A stretch of 56,398 nucleotides of DNA from Octopus sinensis (lineage: Eukaryota): assembly GCF_006345805.1 (NCBI RefSeq), contig NW_021833680.1, positions 1 through 56,398 on the forward strand, in the 5' to 3' direction. The notes beneath the pieces are model-generated. The model ran no database searches and was not told the DNA's origin. It saw only the letters and a program-made list of their open reading frames with translations. The position numbers and the translations under genes are program-made. Below are positions 29,371 to 43,900 of this stretch, piece after piece. Numbering within the stretch: the stretch's first letter is position 1; every line of letters starts with the position of its first letter.

Positions 29371-29677
29371 ACTAGCCTCCTAAAGTGTAGACATGAATCT
29401 GTAGGTACGAGTACGTATGTATATACGTGAACGTATGTAGATGTTTGTATGTATGAATATAACGCGTGCGTACGTGTATGTGTATGAGTGTACAAATGGG
29501 TGTATGTACGTGCTAATGAGTGTGCGTGCGGGAACGAGCACTTGCCTTCTAGTAGACAGACAATTTGGACATGCTGCCATCGCCAGGATCCTTAGCTCTA
29601 GCGATCAAAGATAACAAAAGTAATAAATGAAGATAATAAAATTAAAATTAGGGAATGGGCCTGTATTGGATTGTGTG

Positions 29678-29710
<33 letters not shown>

Positions 29711-30132
29711 GTATATGTGTATATATATATATATGTGTGTGTATATATGTGTATATATGTATGTATGTGTATGTGTGTATGTGTAGGTATGTATAGGCAC
29801 ACATGTGTACGTATGTGTGTGTGTATGTATATGTGTTTATGTATGTATGTGCACACATTATATTTTTTCTATTTTTTTCTATATTTTTTTATTTTTTATT
29901 TTTTATTTTTTATTTTTTATTTTTTATTTTTTATTTTATTTTTTTATTTTTTTTTTATTTTTTTATTATTTTATTTTTTTATTTATCTATTCTTTCATCT
30001 AACTTACCACTGACTCCTTGACCACTCCCCCAAGTATGATATTTTGCGCTATGCCTACCCCCAAAAAAGTCCCCCACCACCACTCCTTTAAACCTGCCTA
30101 AATGTATAAATGCTAATACAATTCTTGTTAAA

Positions 30133-30182
30133 TAGCTTCCTGAAGATTTCTCTTGAATGAAACTACTAGTCCTGTAGAAGCT
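30133..30182 (+). ncRNA. Candidate hammerhead motif with canonical core but disrupted stem I
   Basis: AGCTTC-CTGAAGA-TTTC-TCTT-GAAT-GAAA-CTACTAG-TC-CTGTA-GAAGCT: CUGANGA, GAAA and GUC are present, but stem I pairing is offset by 5 nt. Confidence 0.4.
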
Positions 30183-30264
30183 CCTTCTATATAATAAATT
30201 AATTTTACTCTGCTATGTATTGAGTACCTTACTTACTGGGGTTAACCCCGGATCAACCGGGACC

Positions 30265-30310
<46 letters not shown>

Positions 30311-30540
30311 ATATATATTATATATATATATATATACACATATTTATATACATACACAGACTCACTTATAATCGCACCATTAGTTGTCGAATAAATAGAA
30401 GCTAATCCTGACAAAAACCTCGATCCAAAAGGGTAACATAATGATTAGCACTATAAAGGTGTACGCACACAAAATACACCCCATCCACCCCGCCGCAGCC
30501 AACCTTATAAAAAACTGAAGGCGTTTGTATGCACACTACA

Positions 30541-30629
<89 letters not shown>

Positions 30630-30897
30630 TATATATATTTATATGTATGTACGTATGTATTTATCGGTGTGTCACGTGATCAGTATGTTGTGTGTTTGCT
30701 GAAAATGGCTACCTTATTGTATAAATCGTGAATCATGGCGTACAGCACATGCAGCACATATACATATAGACTTCTGTAAGTTTGTATGTTGTGTTATGTC
30801 TGTCTAACTAAAGCGCCGACAGCTTTGTGTGTGTGCCTCACGCTGAATCTGCTGACAATAGGCATAGGATACATTCTCGTTGCTTGAAACCTACAAG

Positions 30898-30951
<54 letters not shown>

Positions 30952-30957
30952 CATACA

Positions 30958-31004
<47 letters not shown>

Positions 31005-31175
31005 ATTATATATATATGGATAGATACATACGTACATATAGAGAGAGAATATATTGAAACTAGAAGATTGTGTGGCAACTCGAGTTTCACGCTACTGTGA
31101 TCTCGGGGCCAGAACTTTTACAGTTATCTATCTATCTGCACACACACATACATACATACATACATACACATACAT

Positions 31176-31233
<58 letters not shown>

Positions 31234-31280
31234 CACACACACACACACACATAATTATATATATATATATATATATATAT

Positions 31281-31720
31281 TATATGGCGAGCTTGCTGAG
31301 GAGAAATACAATCTGTGTAAACCTCAAGGACGGCGTAAGAACTACCATGAAGTCACTTGGAATGGATCCAAAGGCCATAGAAACCCTTGTTTCGAATCAA
31401 GCTGGATGGCGAACAAAATCGTGAAGTGGAATGAAAGCTTTTAAAGAGGTTGCAATGACGCATGAAAGACTCAAGAGAGATTTAAAGAAGAATGTTGCGA
31501 TCAACGAGAAGATGAATTTGGGCGACCTTTTTGTGTGCATGCCTTTCTTTTGCTGGGCTCAACTCTCATTTGCAGACCCATGAAAAACGAACCTCCTCCA
31601 AATTCTCTGCCTATATATGTGTGCACCCCTTCCAACTCCGTGTATGCCGTAACGTCTGCAAATCTAACGAAGGCCTCAAAAGACATTTTTAGACCTACAA
31701 AGATCAGAACTTAACTGCAG
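31281..31720 (+). mobile_element. Degenerate RTE-clade LINE 3' fragment
   Basis: Frameshifted translation gives YGELA..., MKSLGMDP..., GWRTK, and C2H2-like remnants (AGLNSHLQTH; CRNVCKSNEGLKRHFR). Confidence 0.6.
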
Positions 31721-31834
31721 CTCATGGTGGTCCAAATCAGATATGCAATTTATGTGAGTGTCTTTTCAATATAATCTGGTTTAAAATGCCACATCAAACG
31801 CCATGATATTTTTGCTGCTTTTTTAATAGCGTGT

Positions 31835-32030
31835 GAGAGTTCACGGAAAAAATCAAAAGACGAAGACTGGTAATGTACAAAACAAACAGATGTACTAGTA
31901 TAAGGCTCAGGAATAGAAAAAGTGTTTTACGTTTCGAGCCTACGCTCTCCTACAGAAAAAAAACAAGGGGAGAAAAAAATGTAGTGGCTACCGATCTATC
32001 ATGGCGACTGCCGGACAGAAGGGTCACTAT
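31835..32030 (-). mobile_element. Short hammerhead-like-motif repeat (GAGCGTAGGCTCGAAAC family)
   Basis: Homologous to 48775-48955, 52495-52665 and 53630-53877; motif at 31922-31960. Confidence 0.7.
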
Positions 32031-32151
32031 ATATATATAGTGGTGTGCTAAATTTTCTGGAAAATAATTCTTAGTGGTTTAGATCATAACGGATCTTCTT
32101 CTAGCGTAAGGGTTTCCACATAGCTATCCCCACTTATATTTATGTATAAAA

Positions 32152-32186
<35 letters not shown>

Positions 32187-32812
32187 TATACAAATACATA
32201 TACATACATACATACATACATATACATATCAAATATAGATATCCTGTCGATTACGAGTTAGCTTTTTGTAAAACAGATCTTTTGGTTTATATATGTGGTG
32301 CGACATATAACATTATACATCTCTCTGTCTCTCTCCCTCTCTCTCTCTCTCTGTATCTATCTGTCTATCTATTTTAAAATCTATCTATATATCTGTCTCT
32401 CATTTTGTGTATTAATTTATCTTTCTCCCTGTCTGTCTATGTGCTTGTCTGTCAATTTATCTACATATTTGTGTGTATGGACACATACATGTGTGTGTGT
32501 GTATGTGAGCATACATGCATAATGTATGTGTGTATGTGAGCGTGACCCTCACATTTTCATCTTTATTAGACTTGTCTACACTTAAATACACTTTCCATTC
32601 AAGGCATTTTGGTGCATATCCGGTCCTTGAAATTACTCTCTTCCTGTACGGTCTTTGTAAGAACCATTTCTTTTCGTTTAGAGAAACTAATACCAACAAA
32701 TTTACATGTGTAATTACTTACTAAACGTCTTCCATATTGCATTCAACTTAATATCATTTATTTCCAGCAATGGTGGAATTAGTTATATGATATGTTGTGG
32801 TAATGAGTATCT

Positions 32813-33100
32813 GTAGGTGCAGGAGTGACTGTGGGGCAAGATGTCTGCGGCCCGACAGTGCGGGGAAGAAGTTTCGGGTTCAGTCTCACTGCGTAGCATT
32901 TCGGACAAATGTCTTCTACTGTAGCCTTGAAAGTGGATTTGGAATGCAGAAACTGAAAGAAGCCTCTCATGTGTGTGTGTGTGTGTGTGTCTGTGCGTGC
33001 GTATGTGTGTGCCATTTTGCTTGTCCCACCCCATTACTTAACAACCGGTGTTAGATTGTTTACGTCCTCGTGATTTAGCGGTTCGGCAAAAACGACCAAC
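32813..33100 (+). mobile_element. Degenerate tRNA-derived SINE (GGAGTGGCTGTGTGG head, GT spacer, partial tail)
   Basis: Homologous to 47429-47815. Confidence 0.7.
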
Positions 33101-33139
33101 ACACACACACATACACACACACACAGCGGGATGTCATTG

Positions 33140-36100
33140 GTCACTATCACTCTGTAACGTCTGACATTGACAGACAATCAATAATGTCTTACCTACAGTG
33201 TCACAATTGTCTGGCCTTAGCTGTTACACTAGAGTGTCTGGTGTCACTAGGTAACCACTGTAATACATTACTTCATTTTTTCACGAAAATATCTGACCTT
33301 GATTGCCTCACGCTAGTATCTGACCATAGCACTTTCACTCTACCCCCTGACCTTGACTCTCATTCTTGTCTAATTTTTTTGACTGGCTCGCTCTAGTGTC
33401 TGACTTTGACTGTCCCTCTATAGTGTATGTCATTCATGCCCCTACTGTAGTGTCTGACCCTCATTGCATCACTACAGTGTCTGACCTTCACCATACTATT
33501 ATAATATTTGACCTTGACCCTCTTACTAAAGTGTCTCACCTTTACTGGATCCTATAAAGGAGCTGTTGAGGTAGCAGACTACGAAACACGGTTGTAATTC
33601 CCCACTAACGTTCAGCAACCCGTCACAATGCCTAACCTTGATCCTCCCACTACAGCACCCTTCCTCGTCTACTATGATAGACCTTCACTCTGTTTTGTCT
33701 GATCTTGACAGCCCCACTGTAATCTGTGACTTTGACTTTTTCACTATATTGTTTGATAATGACTGTCCCACAATAATAGTGTCTGAACTTGTCTGTCACA
33801 CAATAGTGTCTCATCCTCCTTGCGTCTCTATAATATTTTACCTTGATCCTCTCACTGAAATATTTCTCTTTCACCGCCCCACTCGAGTGTCTGGCCACGA
33901 ATATCACGCTCTAGTATCTGTTCTTCACTGTCCCATATAACATCTGACCTTGATTCTTTCATTCAGTGCCCTACCTTCACCTGTCTGCTAGGATTGACCT
34001 TCATTCTATCATTAGTGTCTGTGCTTCATTTTCTCTTTACAATGTTTGACTTTGACTGACCATCTTGAATGTCTGTCCTTCAAAACCCCCTATAAGCTGT
34101 AACCAATGCCGTCCCTGTGTATGTGTGTGAGTACATGATTGTGTAAGCGCTTGTTTGTGCGTGAATGTTAGTGCGTCTGAATGAATGCGTGTGTACATGT
34201 ATATGTATATTGCACTGCGTGTGTGTCAGATCAAAATGTCTGACATTTACTATCCCGCTGCAGTGTCTTACCGTCATTGTCAGATTATAATAGCTGAACT
34301 TCGACTTTCCACTATGACGTATGTCCTTCACTGTTCCGACCTTCTCTCTCCCAAAGTTCCGACTTTCACACTCCTGTTCTGACCTTCAGAATCCCAATGT
34401 TGTGTGTGACCTTTGCAATGACGTTACATCTGAAAGTCAGTACTCGACAATAAAGTGTCACTGGCACTACCTTACTCTGCGTTGGTTGGGTCATGCCCTC
34501 CGTCGTCAGCCAGGAGAATTCATCTACGAAGCAATTGTTCCAGCTCCCCTTCAGGGTTGGCGAAAGCGATGTGGTGGACAACGAAAAACCTGGCTGATGA
34601 TGGTCAAGGCTGATCTGGAACCCAACCTAGACCCCCATATCTATGGTGTTCACCGCTGGAATAAGGGGTGGTTTGAGATCACGCGGTCGTTAGCCTTAAA
34701 TCGCCAGGCCTGGTCGGCGTTTGTGAGAGATGCAGCATTGAGGATAAATGAAGCCAGCTCAACCCACCCCGGGTGAACTACCTTACTATAATGTCTTACT
34801 TCGACTATCTCAATGTAATACCAGACTTTAGCCACCCGCTGTAACGTCTCGTTTTGACTGTGTCACTAAAGTGTTCACCATAACTGTTTCAACGTAGTAT
34901 CTGTCCTTGAGCATACCACTAGAGTGTCTGGCTCTATCTCATTATAGTGTCTGACCTAGACCGTCCCACTATAGGGTTTGATCTTGACTATACGACTAGA
35001 GAATCTGACCCTGGTCGTTCCTCTATAGTGTCTGACATTCACAGACCGCTATAGTGTCTGATCATGATAGTAGAACTATAATGCCTGGCCTTCACTATCC
35101 CACTATAGTATACCACCTTGATTGTCATAGAATTCTGTCTGACCATGATTGTTCTCTTGTAGCGTCTGATCTTGACTACCCCTCTATAGTATCTGACTTT
35201 GACTGTCCCACTATATGCCTGACCTTGACATCCCACTGTAGTGTCTGACTTTGACTCTCCCATTTTCAAATCTGGCCTTGACTCTCCCAACATGTTATCT
35301 GACCATGACTCTCCCACTACCGTGTCTAACTTTCCCAGTGCAACTATTATGTCTGACCTTGACTGTCCCACTATAAAGTCCAGCCTTGATTGCCCGACTG
35401 GTGTTTCAGACTTACACTGTCCTACAGCAATATCTAGTCTTGACTTTCGCACTGTAGTAGTTGGCCTTCACTGTCCCATCATATTTCCTAGCCTTTAAAC
35501 TCGCATAGTAGTGTCTGACCTTCACTGTCCCACTATAAAGTCTAACTTTAACTGTCCCACTATATTATCTGATCTTGACTGTTACAATATAATGTCTCAC
35601 TGTGCGTGACCCATTATAGTCTCAGACATTAACTGATTCATTACAGTATTTTACGTGACTATCCCACGATTTGAATGTTCCACGGCAGTGTGTGACCTGA
35701 AGAATCCCACTGAAATTTCTCGCACTGACTGTCCCACTATAACGTCTGGCCACGACCGTCCCGCTATAAAAGCTGACCTTGACTATAACGTCTAGACTTG
35801 ACTTTGTCATTGTAGCCTTTGACTTTGACTGTCAAACGATAATGGCTGACCTTCAATGTCCCACGGTAGCGCTTGACATTCACTATTCCTCTATAGTGTC
35901 TGGCCTTGACTGTCTCACTGTAATGCCTGGCCTTGTGTCTCGCATTATGATTTCTCACTTTGAATTCCCCACTACAGAATCTGACCTTCACTGTCTTCCT
36001 AAAATGTCTGGCTTTGGCTCTCCCACTGTAGTAACTGATCTTTAGTATCGCAGTATAATAATGTCTGGCTTTGTCTGTCCTACTATGATGTCTGACCTAA

Positions 36101-37870
36101 ACTGTCTCACTATAACGTATGACCTTGACTGATCCACTAAGATGCCTGACTTTGTCCCACTGTTGAGTCTGACCATGATTCTCCCACTATAATGCCTCGC
36201 CTTGTTTGTGCCACTGTAGTGTATAACTGACTGTCCAACTACAATGTCCAACCATGACTGTTCCATTATAACGCGTGTTCTTTACTGTCTCATTGTAGTA
36301 CATGACTTTTGACTGTTCCACTATAATTCTGACCTTGACTACCATACAATAATGCGTAGCTTTAACTGTCCTACTATGATCTCTGACCTTACCTGTCTCA
36401 CTATAATATATGTTCTTTACTGTTCCGCTGTAATGACTGTCCTTCACTATCTAACTGTTGTGTTTGACCTTGACTATCCCACTGCAGTGTCTCCCTTTGA
36501 ATGCTCCACTATAATATCTGGCCCTCACTGTCCCACTGTGGTGATTGACCTTGACTGTACCACTATAGAGTCTGAACTTGACTGTCCTACTAAAATGTCT
36601 AACCTTGACTATCCCACTATTGTATCTGGCCTTGGCTGTCCCACTGTAGTGTCTGACTATGACTGTCCCACTATAATATCTGGCATTGACTACACCACTG
36701 TAGTTTCGGATCTCGACTTCCCCACTGTAATGTTTGAGCTTCACTGACCACCATAATGCCTGACCTCGACTGTCCCAGTCTGATGACTCACTGTAACTGT
36801 CCCAGTATAGTGTCTGACCTTCACTGTGCGACTATATCGTCTGACGTTGACTGTTCCTCTGTAAGGTCTGGCCTTGGCTGTCCTTTTGCAGTGTATGACC
36901 TTGAACGTCCCACTATAAATCTAACCTTCTTTGACCTATTATAATATGTAGCCTTGACTGTCCCACTATCTTTCTTGACCTTGACTGTCCCACAATGACA
37001 TCTAACCTTCATTGCCTCCCTATAGTCTCTAGCCTTGACTGCCTTTCTGTAGGGTCTGACATTGATATCTAACTATGATATCTAACTTTTACTGTTCCAT
37101 TGTTATGCCTGGCTTTGACTGTCCCTCTGTAGAACTATGATGTCTGGCCTTGAATATTCCTTTGTAGTGTCTGTCCTTCACTGTCCCATTGTAGTGTCTG
37201 GTCATGACTGTCTCATTGTAGCGGCCTGACCTTAACTGTCCAACTATAATATCTTATCTTCACTGTCCTACTATAGTGTCTGGCGTTCACTGCCCCACTG
37301 CAGTGTTTGATCATTACTGTCTCGTTGTAGCGTCTGATTATGACTGTCCCACTATAATGTTTTGCTTTGACTGTCCCACTATGGTGTCTGACCATGACTG
37401 TGCTACTATAACGTGTAATGTTGAGTGTCCCACTATAGTGTCAGCCCTTGACTGTCCTACTATAGTATTTCACGTTCACTGTCCCACTGTAGCGTCTGAT
37501 TATGACTGTCCAGTTATAATGTCTGACCTTGACTGTCCCACTATAGTGTCTGACCTTGACTGTCCTATTATAGTGTGTGGCATTTACTTTCCCACTGTAG
37601 TGTCTGACCATGATTGTCTGACTGTTGCGTCTGAACATAACTGTCCCACTATAATGTCTGGCCTTGACCGACCCACTATGAAATCTGACCTTGACTGTTG
37701 TACTATAGTGTCTGACCTTCACTGCCCCACTGTAATGTCTAATGTTGAGTGTCTCGATATGTATCTGACCTTGACTTTCCCTCTATGGTGTCGGACTTCG
37801 ACTGTCCGACTATAGTGTTTGACCTTCTCTGTGCCACTGTATAGGTTGGCACTCAATGTCTCATTCTATA
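33140..37870. repeat. Diverged 27-bp minisatellite B, consensus GTCTGACCTTGACTGTCCCACTATAGT
   Basis: Unit visible (e.g. 37521-37560); + strand translates as VSDLDCPTI repeats. Interrupted at ~34080-34210 and 34477-34776. Confidence 0.9.
34477..34776 (+). mobile_element. 300-bp RTE-clade LINE 3' ORF fragment with 11-bp target-site duplication
   Basis: LRWLGHALRR...GGQRKTW...LALNRQAWSAFV is an RTE C-terminal signature. ACTACCTTACT is present at 34466-34476 and 34777-34787. Confidence 0.85.
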
Positions 37871-37929
37871 TCTCACTAATTTTCTGGGCATGTGTTTTAA
37901 ACTGCTTCCAGTTGTGGTGTCTTTACTTG

Positions 37930-40900
37930 AGAGCTATATGGAAGTACACATAGGCAGAGGTTATGACGAGTCACTCAAGGCCAGTGATAATACTGAGTTT
38001 ATCAAGACTAAAAGTACTCATGGGGAGAGGTTATGACAAGTCACTCAACGCCAGAGGTTATACGTAGATACTCAAAGCCAGAGGTTATAATAAGTCACTG
38101 AAGGCCAGATGCTTTAATGAGTCACTCAAAACTAAAGTCTGTATGAAGGTATACAAGGCCAGAAGTTATGACGAGTCACACAAGGCTAGAGGTTATAATC
38201 ACTCTATCAAGACCAGAGGTTATAGTATGTTACTCAAAACCAGAGGTTATGATGTGTGGTCAGATGTTATGGTGAAGGTCAGATGTTATGGTGAGTCACT
38301 CAAAGCCAAAGGTTATAAGTAGATACTCAAGGCCAGAGGTTACAATAAGTCACTCAAAGCCTAAGGCTGTATGGAGGAACTCAAATCCAGGCGTTATAAC
38401 GAGTCCGTCAAGGCCAAGGGTTATAATGACTCTATCAAGGTCAGAGGTTATAGTGTGTTAGCCAAAACCATAGGTAATGATGAGTCACTCAAGGCCAGAG
38501 GTCATCGGTAGGTACTCAAGGCCAGAGGTTATAATAAGTTACTTAAGACCAGAGTTTATTATGAGCCACTCCAGGCCAGAGGTTATACGCAGATAGTAAA
38601 GGCTAGAGATCATAATGACTATATCAAGGTCAGAGTTTATACGCAGATACTCAAGTACAGACGTTGTAATGACTCACTCAAAGCCAAAGTCTGTATGAAG
38701 GTACACGAGGCCAGGATTTATAAAGAGCTTAAGGCCAGAGGTTACGCAGATACTCAAGGCCAAGGTTTATTGGTTTATTGTGCCTGGGAGGGTAACTTTC
38801 TAGGTGCAAGCCCATGGTCAGTGTCATGACCGAAGAGGGTCACACACATTACACATTTAATGTCAGAAGTTAAATGAGTCACCGAAGACAAGATATTATT
38901 TTGAAATACTCGAGGCCAGAAATGATATAAAGGTAAACCTAACTAGAAGTTAATGTGAGGTACTCAAGGCCATCCTTTATAATGAGGTACTCATAGATCG
39001 AGCTAATAATGTTTTATTCAGAACACGAACAAATGATGGGTCACTCAAGACCGGAGGTTGTAATGAGTTACTCAAGGCCAGGGGTTATAATGAGCTACTC
39101 AAAAACTGAACTTATAATATCATACTTAGGACAGTCACTCAAGGCCAGAGGTTATAACGAATCAGATTATGATGAGTCACTCAAAGCCATATGTTTTAAG
39201 GAGTCACTCAACGCTGGAGATAATATTGCGTTGCTCAAGGTCTGGAGTTATAATAAGTTACTCAAAGCCAAAGACTTTAATGAGTCACCCAAGAGCCAGA
39301 GATTATAGTGAATCATTCAAGGCCAGAGGTTATACGGAAGTACTCAAGGTCCCCAGTAATAAGTTACTCAAAGACATAGATTCTAATGACTCACTCAAGG
39401 CTAGAGATTATGACGAGTCACTCAAAGCCAGAGGTTGTATAGAGATACTCCAAGTCAGAGGTTGTGACGAGTTATTCAAGGCCAGATGTTTTAACGAGTC
39501 ACTAACGCCGGAGATAATAATGAGTCACTCAAGGCCAGAGGTTATAATAAGTTACTAACGCCGGAGATAATAATGAGTCACTCAAGGATAGAGATTATAA
39601 TGAATCACTCAAAGCCAGAGGCTATATGGAGGTACTCAAGGCAGAGGTTATTCCGAGTCGCTCAAGGCCAGAGATTATAACGAGTCACTCAAGGCCAGAG
39701 GTTATAATAAGTTACTCAAAGCCAAAGACTTTAATGAGTCACCCAAGAGCCAGAGATTATAGTGAATCATTCAAGGCCAGAGGTTATAATAAGTTACTCA
39801 AAGCCAAAGACTTTAATGAGTCACCCAAGAGCCAGAGATTATAGTGAATCATTCAAGGCCAGAGGTTATAATAAGTTACTCAAAGACATAGATTCTAATG
39901 ACTCACTCAAGGCTAGAGATTATGACGAGTCACTCAAAGCCAGAGGTTATGACGTATCACTCAAGGCCAAAGTTTATAATGAGCCATTGAAGGCCAGAAG
40001 TTATACGTAGATACTCAAAGCCAGAGGTTATGACGTATCACTCAAGGCCAAAGTTTATAATGAGCCATTGAAGGCCAGAAGTTATACGTAGATACTCAAA
40101 GCCAGAGGTTATAACAAAGCCAGGACTTATAAGGAGTCACTCAAAGACAGATGTTTTAATGAGTCACTCAAGGCCAGAGGTTATAATAAGTTACTCAAAG
40201 CCAAAGACTTTAATGAGTCACCCAAGAGCCAGAGATTATAGTGAATCATTCAAGGCCAGAGGTTATAATAAGTTACTAACGCCGGAGATAATAATGAGTC
40301 ACTCAAGGCCAGAGGTTATAATAAGTTACTAACGCCGGAGATAATAATGAGTCACTCAAGGCCAAGGGTTATAATAAGCTACTCAAGGCGAGAGTTTATG
40401 AGTCACTCAAAGCCAGAGGCTATATGGAGGTACTCAAGGCAGAGGTTATACGGAAGTAAAGATGTTGCAGAGGTCGAAGTGAGGTAACGTACTGTACTCA
40501 AAGTCTAAGCTTGAAACGAGGTACTCATGGCCAGAGCTTACACATTGGCACTCAAGACTAAACCTTTTAATGAGGTACTCATACCAGCGATTATAATGAA
40601 ATATTCAAAACCGGGCGCTTTAATGAGATACTCAAGGTTAAAAGCTATGATGAGGTATTCAGGACCCAAGGTTGGATCGAAATTCACATGGTTAGAGGCA
40701 ACTGAGATACTCAAGGCCAGATATTTTAGTGAGATACTGTGAGATATTCAAGGCCAGATATTAAAGCCGGAGGATACAATGTAGTATTCAAAGCCAGGGC
40801 TTATAATGAGGTACTACATGCCAGAGTATATAAAGTTATTGACCAGTGGTTATAAAGGAGTATTTAAGTTAAGAAGTATAATGTAGTATCCAAAGCCATA

Positions 40901-43900
40901 CCTTATACAGACCAGATCTTAAATTGAAGTTTTCAAGGCCAGCGGTTATACTGAGGTACTCGAGGCCAGAGCTTAAAATGAGGTACTCAAAATCATAGAC
41001 TAAAATGAAGTAGTCAGTGTTTGCGCTTATACTGAGGTCTTCACAGCCAGAGGTTACTGAGATCCCGATCTTAAAATGAGGTACTCAAAGCCAGAACTTA
41101 TACTGAAGTAAACAAGGCTATAGTGAGGTAATATGGCAGAGTTTAGGACATGGTGTTCAAAGCCAGATGTGAATGTAAGGTACTCAAGACCAGTTATTTT
41201 AGTTGAGTACTCAGGGCTAAAGATTATAAGGTGATACTCCAAGCCAGAGCTTATAATGAAGTACTCAAGGCCAGAGTTTATAAAGCGGTCTCCAAGGCCT
41301 GACCTTATACGGTTGTCATTAGGATAAGAGCATTTTATATGGTGTCCAAGTTCAAAGTAAGATGTGGTACTCAAAGTCAGAACTGAAATTGAATTATTCC
41401 AGACTAGAGCGTTAGATAAAGTATTCAAAGCCAGGGCTTAAAATAAAGTCTCAAAAACGGAGCTTAAGATGAGGTACTTAAAGCCAGAGCTGAAACTGAA
41501 CTACTCAAGGCCAAAGTTTAAAATAGATCCCAAAAGTAGAGCTTAAAATAAGGTCTCAAGATGTAAAAAGCAAGGCCAGAGAGGAAACTGAAGCAATCAA
41601 GGCCAGAGCTGAAACCGAGCTGCTCAAAGCTAAAGGCGAAACTAGGGTACTCAAAGACAGAGCTTAGAATAAGGTTTCAAGACCAGAGCTTAAGATGAAA
41701 GACGCAAGGCCAACTCCATATGGTGTCCAAGTTCAAACTAAGATGAGGTACCCAATGTCAGAACTGAAATTGAAATATTCCAGGCCAGAGCGTTAAATAA
41801 AGTATTCAAAGCCAGGGCTTAAAAATAAAGTCTCAAAAACAGAGCTTAAGATGAGGTACTTACAACCAGAGCTAAAATTGAGGTACTCAAGGCCAGAGCC
41901 GAAATTGAACTACTCAAGGCCAGGGCTTAAAATAAGGTCCCAAAAACAGAGCTGAAATTGAGGTACTCAAAGCCAGAGGGTATAATGAAGTTCTCAGAAT
42001 CAAACCTTATAATAAGGTCTTGAGGCCAGATCTTATAGTGATGCACGCATGTTCTGAGCTTAAAATGAGGTACTCAAGGACTGAGATTTTACTAAGGTAA
42101 ACATGCCCAGAGGTTTTGGTAAAGATTTCTTGAGATATTCAAAGCCAAACTTATAATGCAGTACTCGATGCCAGTCTTAAACAAAGTACACAAACCAGAA
42201 GTTATAGTGAAGTATGCAAGACCAGATATTTTCACAGGGTACTGAAGGCCGGAAGTATATCGTATAGCATTGAAAGCCAGGGGTTCTGATTAGTTATTCA
42301 TTGCTACAAGTTATGATAAGGTATCTAGCCAAAGTTTAAAGTTACCTTCTCCAGATCAGAGATTATTGTAAGGTACTCAAGGCCTGATATTATACTGAAG
42401 CACTCCAGCCCCGATAGTAAACTGTGGTAGTCAAAGCTAGACCTTACAATGAGTTACTCAAGGTCACAGTTCATAAAGTAGTACTCAAGGCCAGAGGTTA
42501 ATGTATTTAAAGTCAGAGAATATACTAAGTTGTTCGAGGTCAAACCTATTAACGAGACATTCAAGGCCAGATGTTTTAAAATAGATAATCAAAGCTGGAC
42601 GTACTCAAGACCAAAGGTTAGAGTGAAGTCCTCGAGGCCAGATCTTTCAATTTGCCACTCAAGGCCAGATATAATAATGAAATACTCTAGGTCAGAGAGT
42701 TTGATGTGATGCTCAAGGCCAGACCTTATAATGAAGTATTCAAGGCCAGAGGTTATGCTGAGGTACTCAAGTCCAGATGTTATAATGAGTCACTCAAGGC
42801 TTGAAGTTATAATGAGTCACTGAAGGTCAGATATTATGACGAGTAACTCAAGGCCAGAGGTTTTAATGAGTCACTGAAGGCTAGAGGTTATGATGAGTCA
42901 CCGAAGACCGTTGTTATATGGAAGTACCTAAGGTCAGAGGTTATGAGTCACTCAAGGCCAGAGAGTTTGATGTGATGCTCAAGGCCAGACCTTATAATGA
43001 AGTATTCAAGGCCAGAGGTTATGCTGAGGTACTCAAGTCCAGATGTTATAACGAGTCACTCAAGGCTTGAAGTTATAATGAGTCACTGAAGGTCAGATAT
43101 TATGACGAGTAACTCAAGGCCAGAGGTTTTAATGAGTCATTCAAGGCCAGAGGTTATAAAGAGTCACTCAAGGCCAGAGGTTATACTGAGATGCTCAAGG
43201 CCAGCGGATATAAAGAGTCACTCAAGGCCAGAGGTTATAACGAGTCACCCAAAGCCAGATGTTATAATGAGCCACTGAAGACCAAAGGTTATAGAGAAGT
43301 ACACAAGGCCAGAGGTTATGCTGAGGTACTAAAAGCCAGAAGTTATAATGAGTCACTCAAGGCCAGATATTATGACGAGTCCCTCAAGGCCAGAGGTTAT
43401 GACGAGTCACCCAAAGCCTGAGGTTATCATGGGTCACTGAGGACCAGAGGTCATACAGAGGTGTTCAAGGCCAGCGGATATAAAGAGTCACTCAAGGCCA
43501 GATATTATGACGAGTCACTTAAGGCCAGAGGATATAATGTGTCACTGAAGACCAAAGGTTATAGAAAGCTAGACAAGGCCAGAGGTTATAAAGAGTCACC
43601 CAAAGCCAGAGGTTGTAATGAGCCACTCAAGGCCAGCGGATATAAAGAGTCACTCAAGGCCAGATATTATGACGAGTCACTCAAGGCCAGAGGTTTTAAC
43701 GAGTCACCCAAAGCCAGAGGTTATAATGTGTCACTGAAGACCAAAGGTTATAGAAAGGTACACAAGGCCAGAGGTTATAAAGAGTCACCCAAAGCCAGAG
43801 GTTGTAATGAGCCACTCAAGGCTAGATGTTATAATGAGACACTGAAGGCCAGATATTATGACGAGTCACTCAAGGCTAGAGATTATAATGATTCACTATC

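Noticed and set aside
30671-30713. E-box GTCACGTGAT plus YY1-like AAAATGGCTACC as a promoter
   Set aside because: Short motifs in a repeat-bounded context; similar ATGGC strings occur inside repeats elsewhere in the window.
31075-31125. Minus-strand GAAA-CTCGAG-TT-GCCA motif
   Set aside because: A palindromic stem III and a possible stem I exist, but there is no recognisable CUGANGA-type core.
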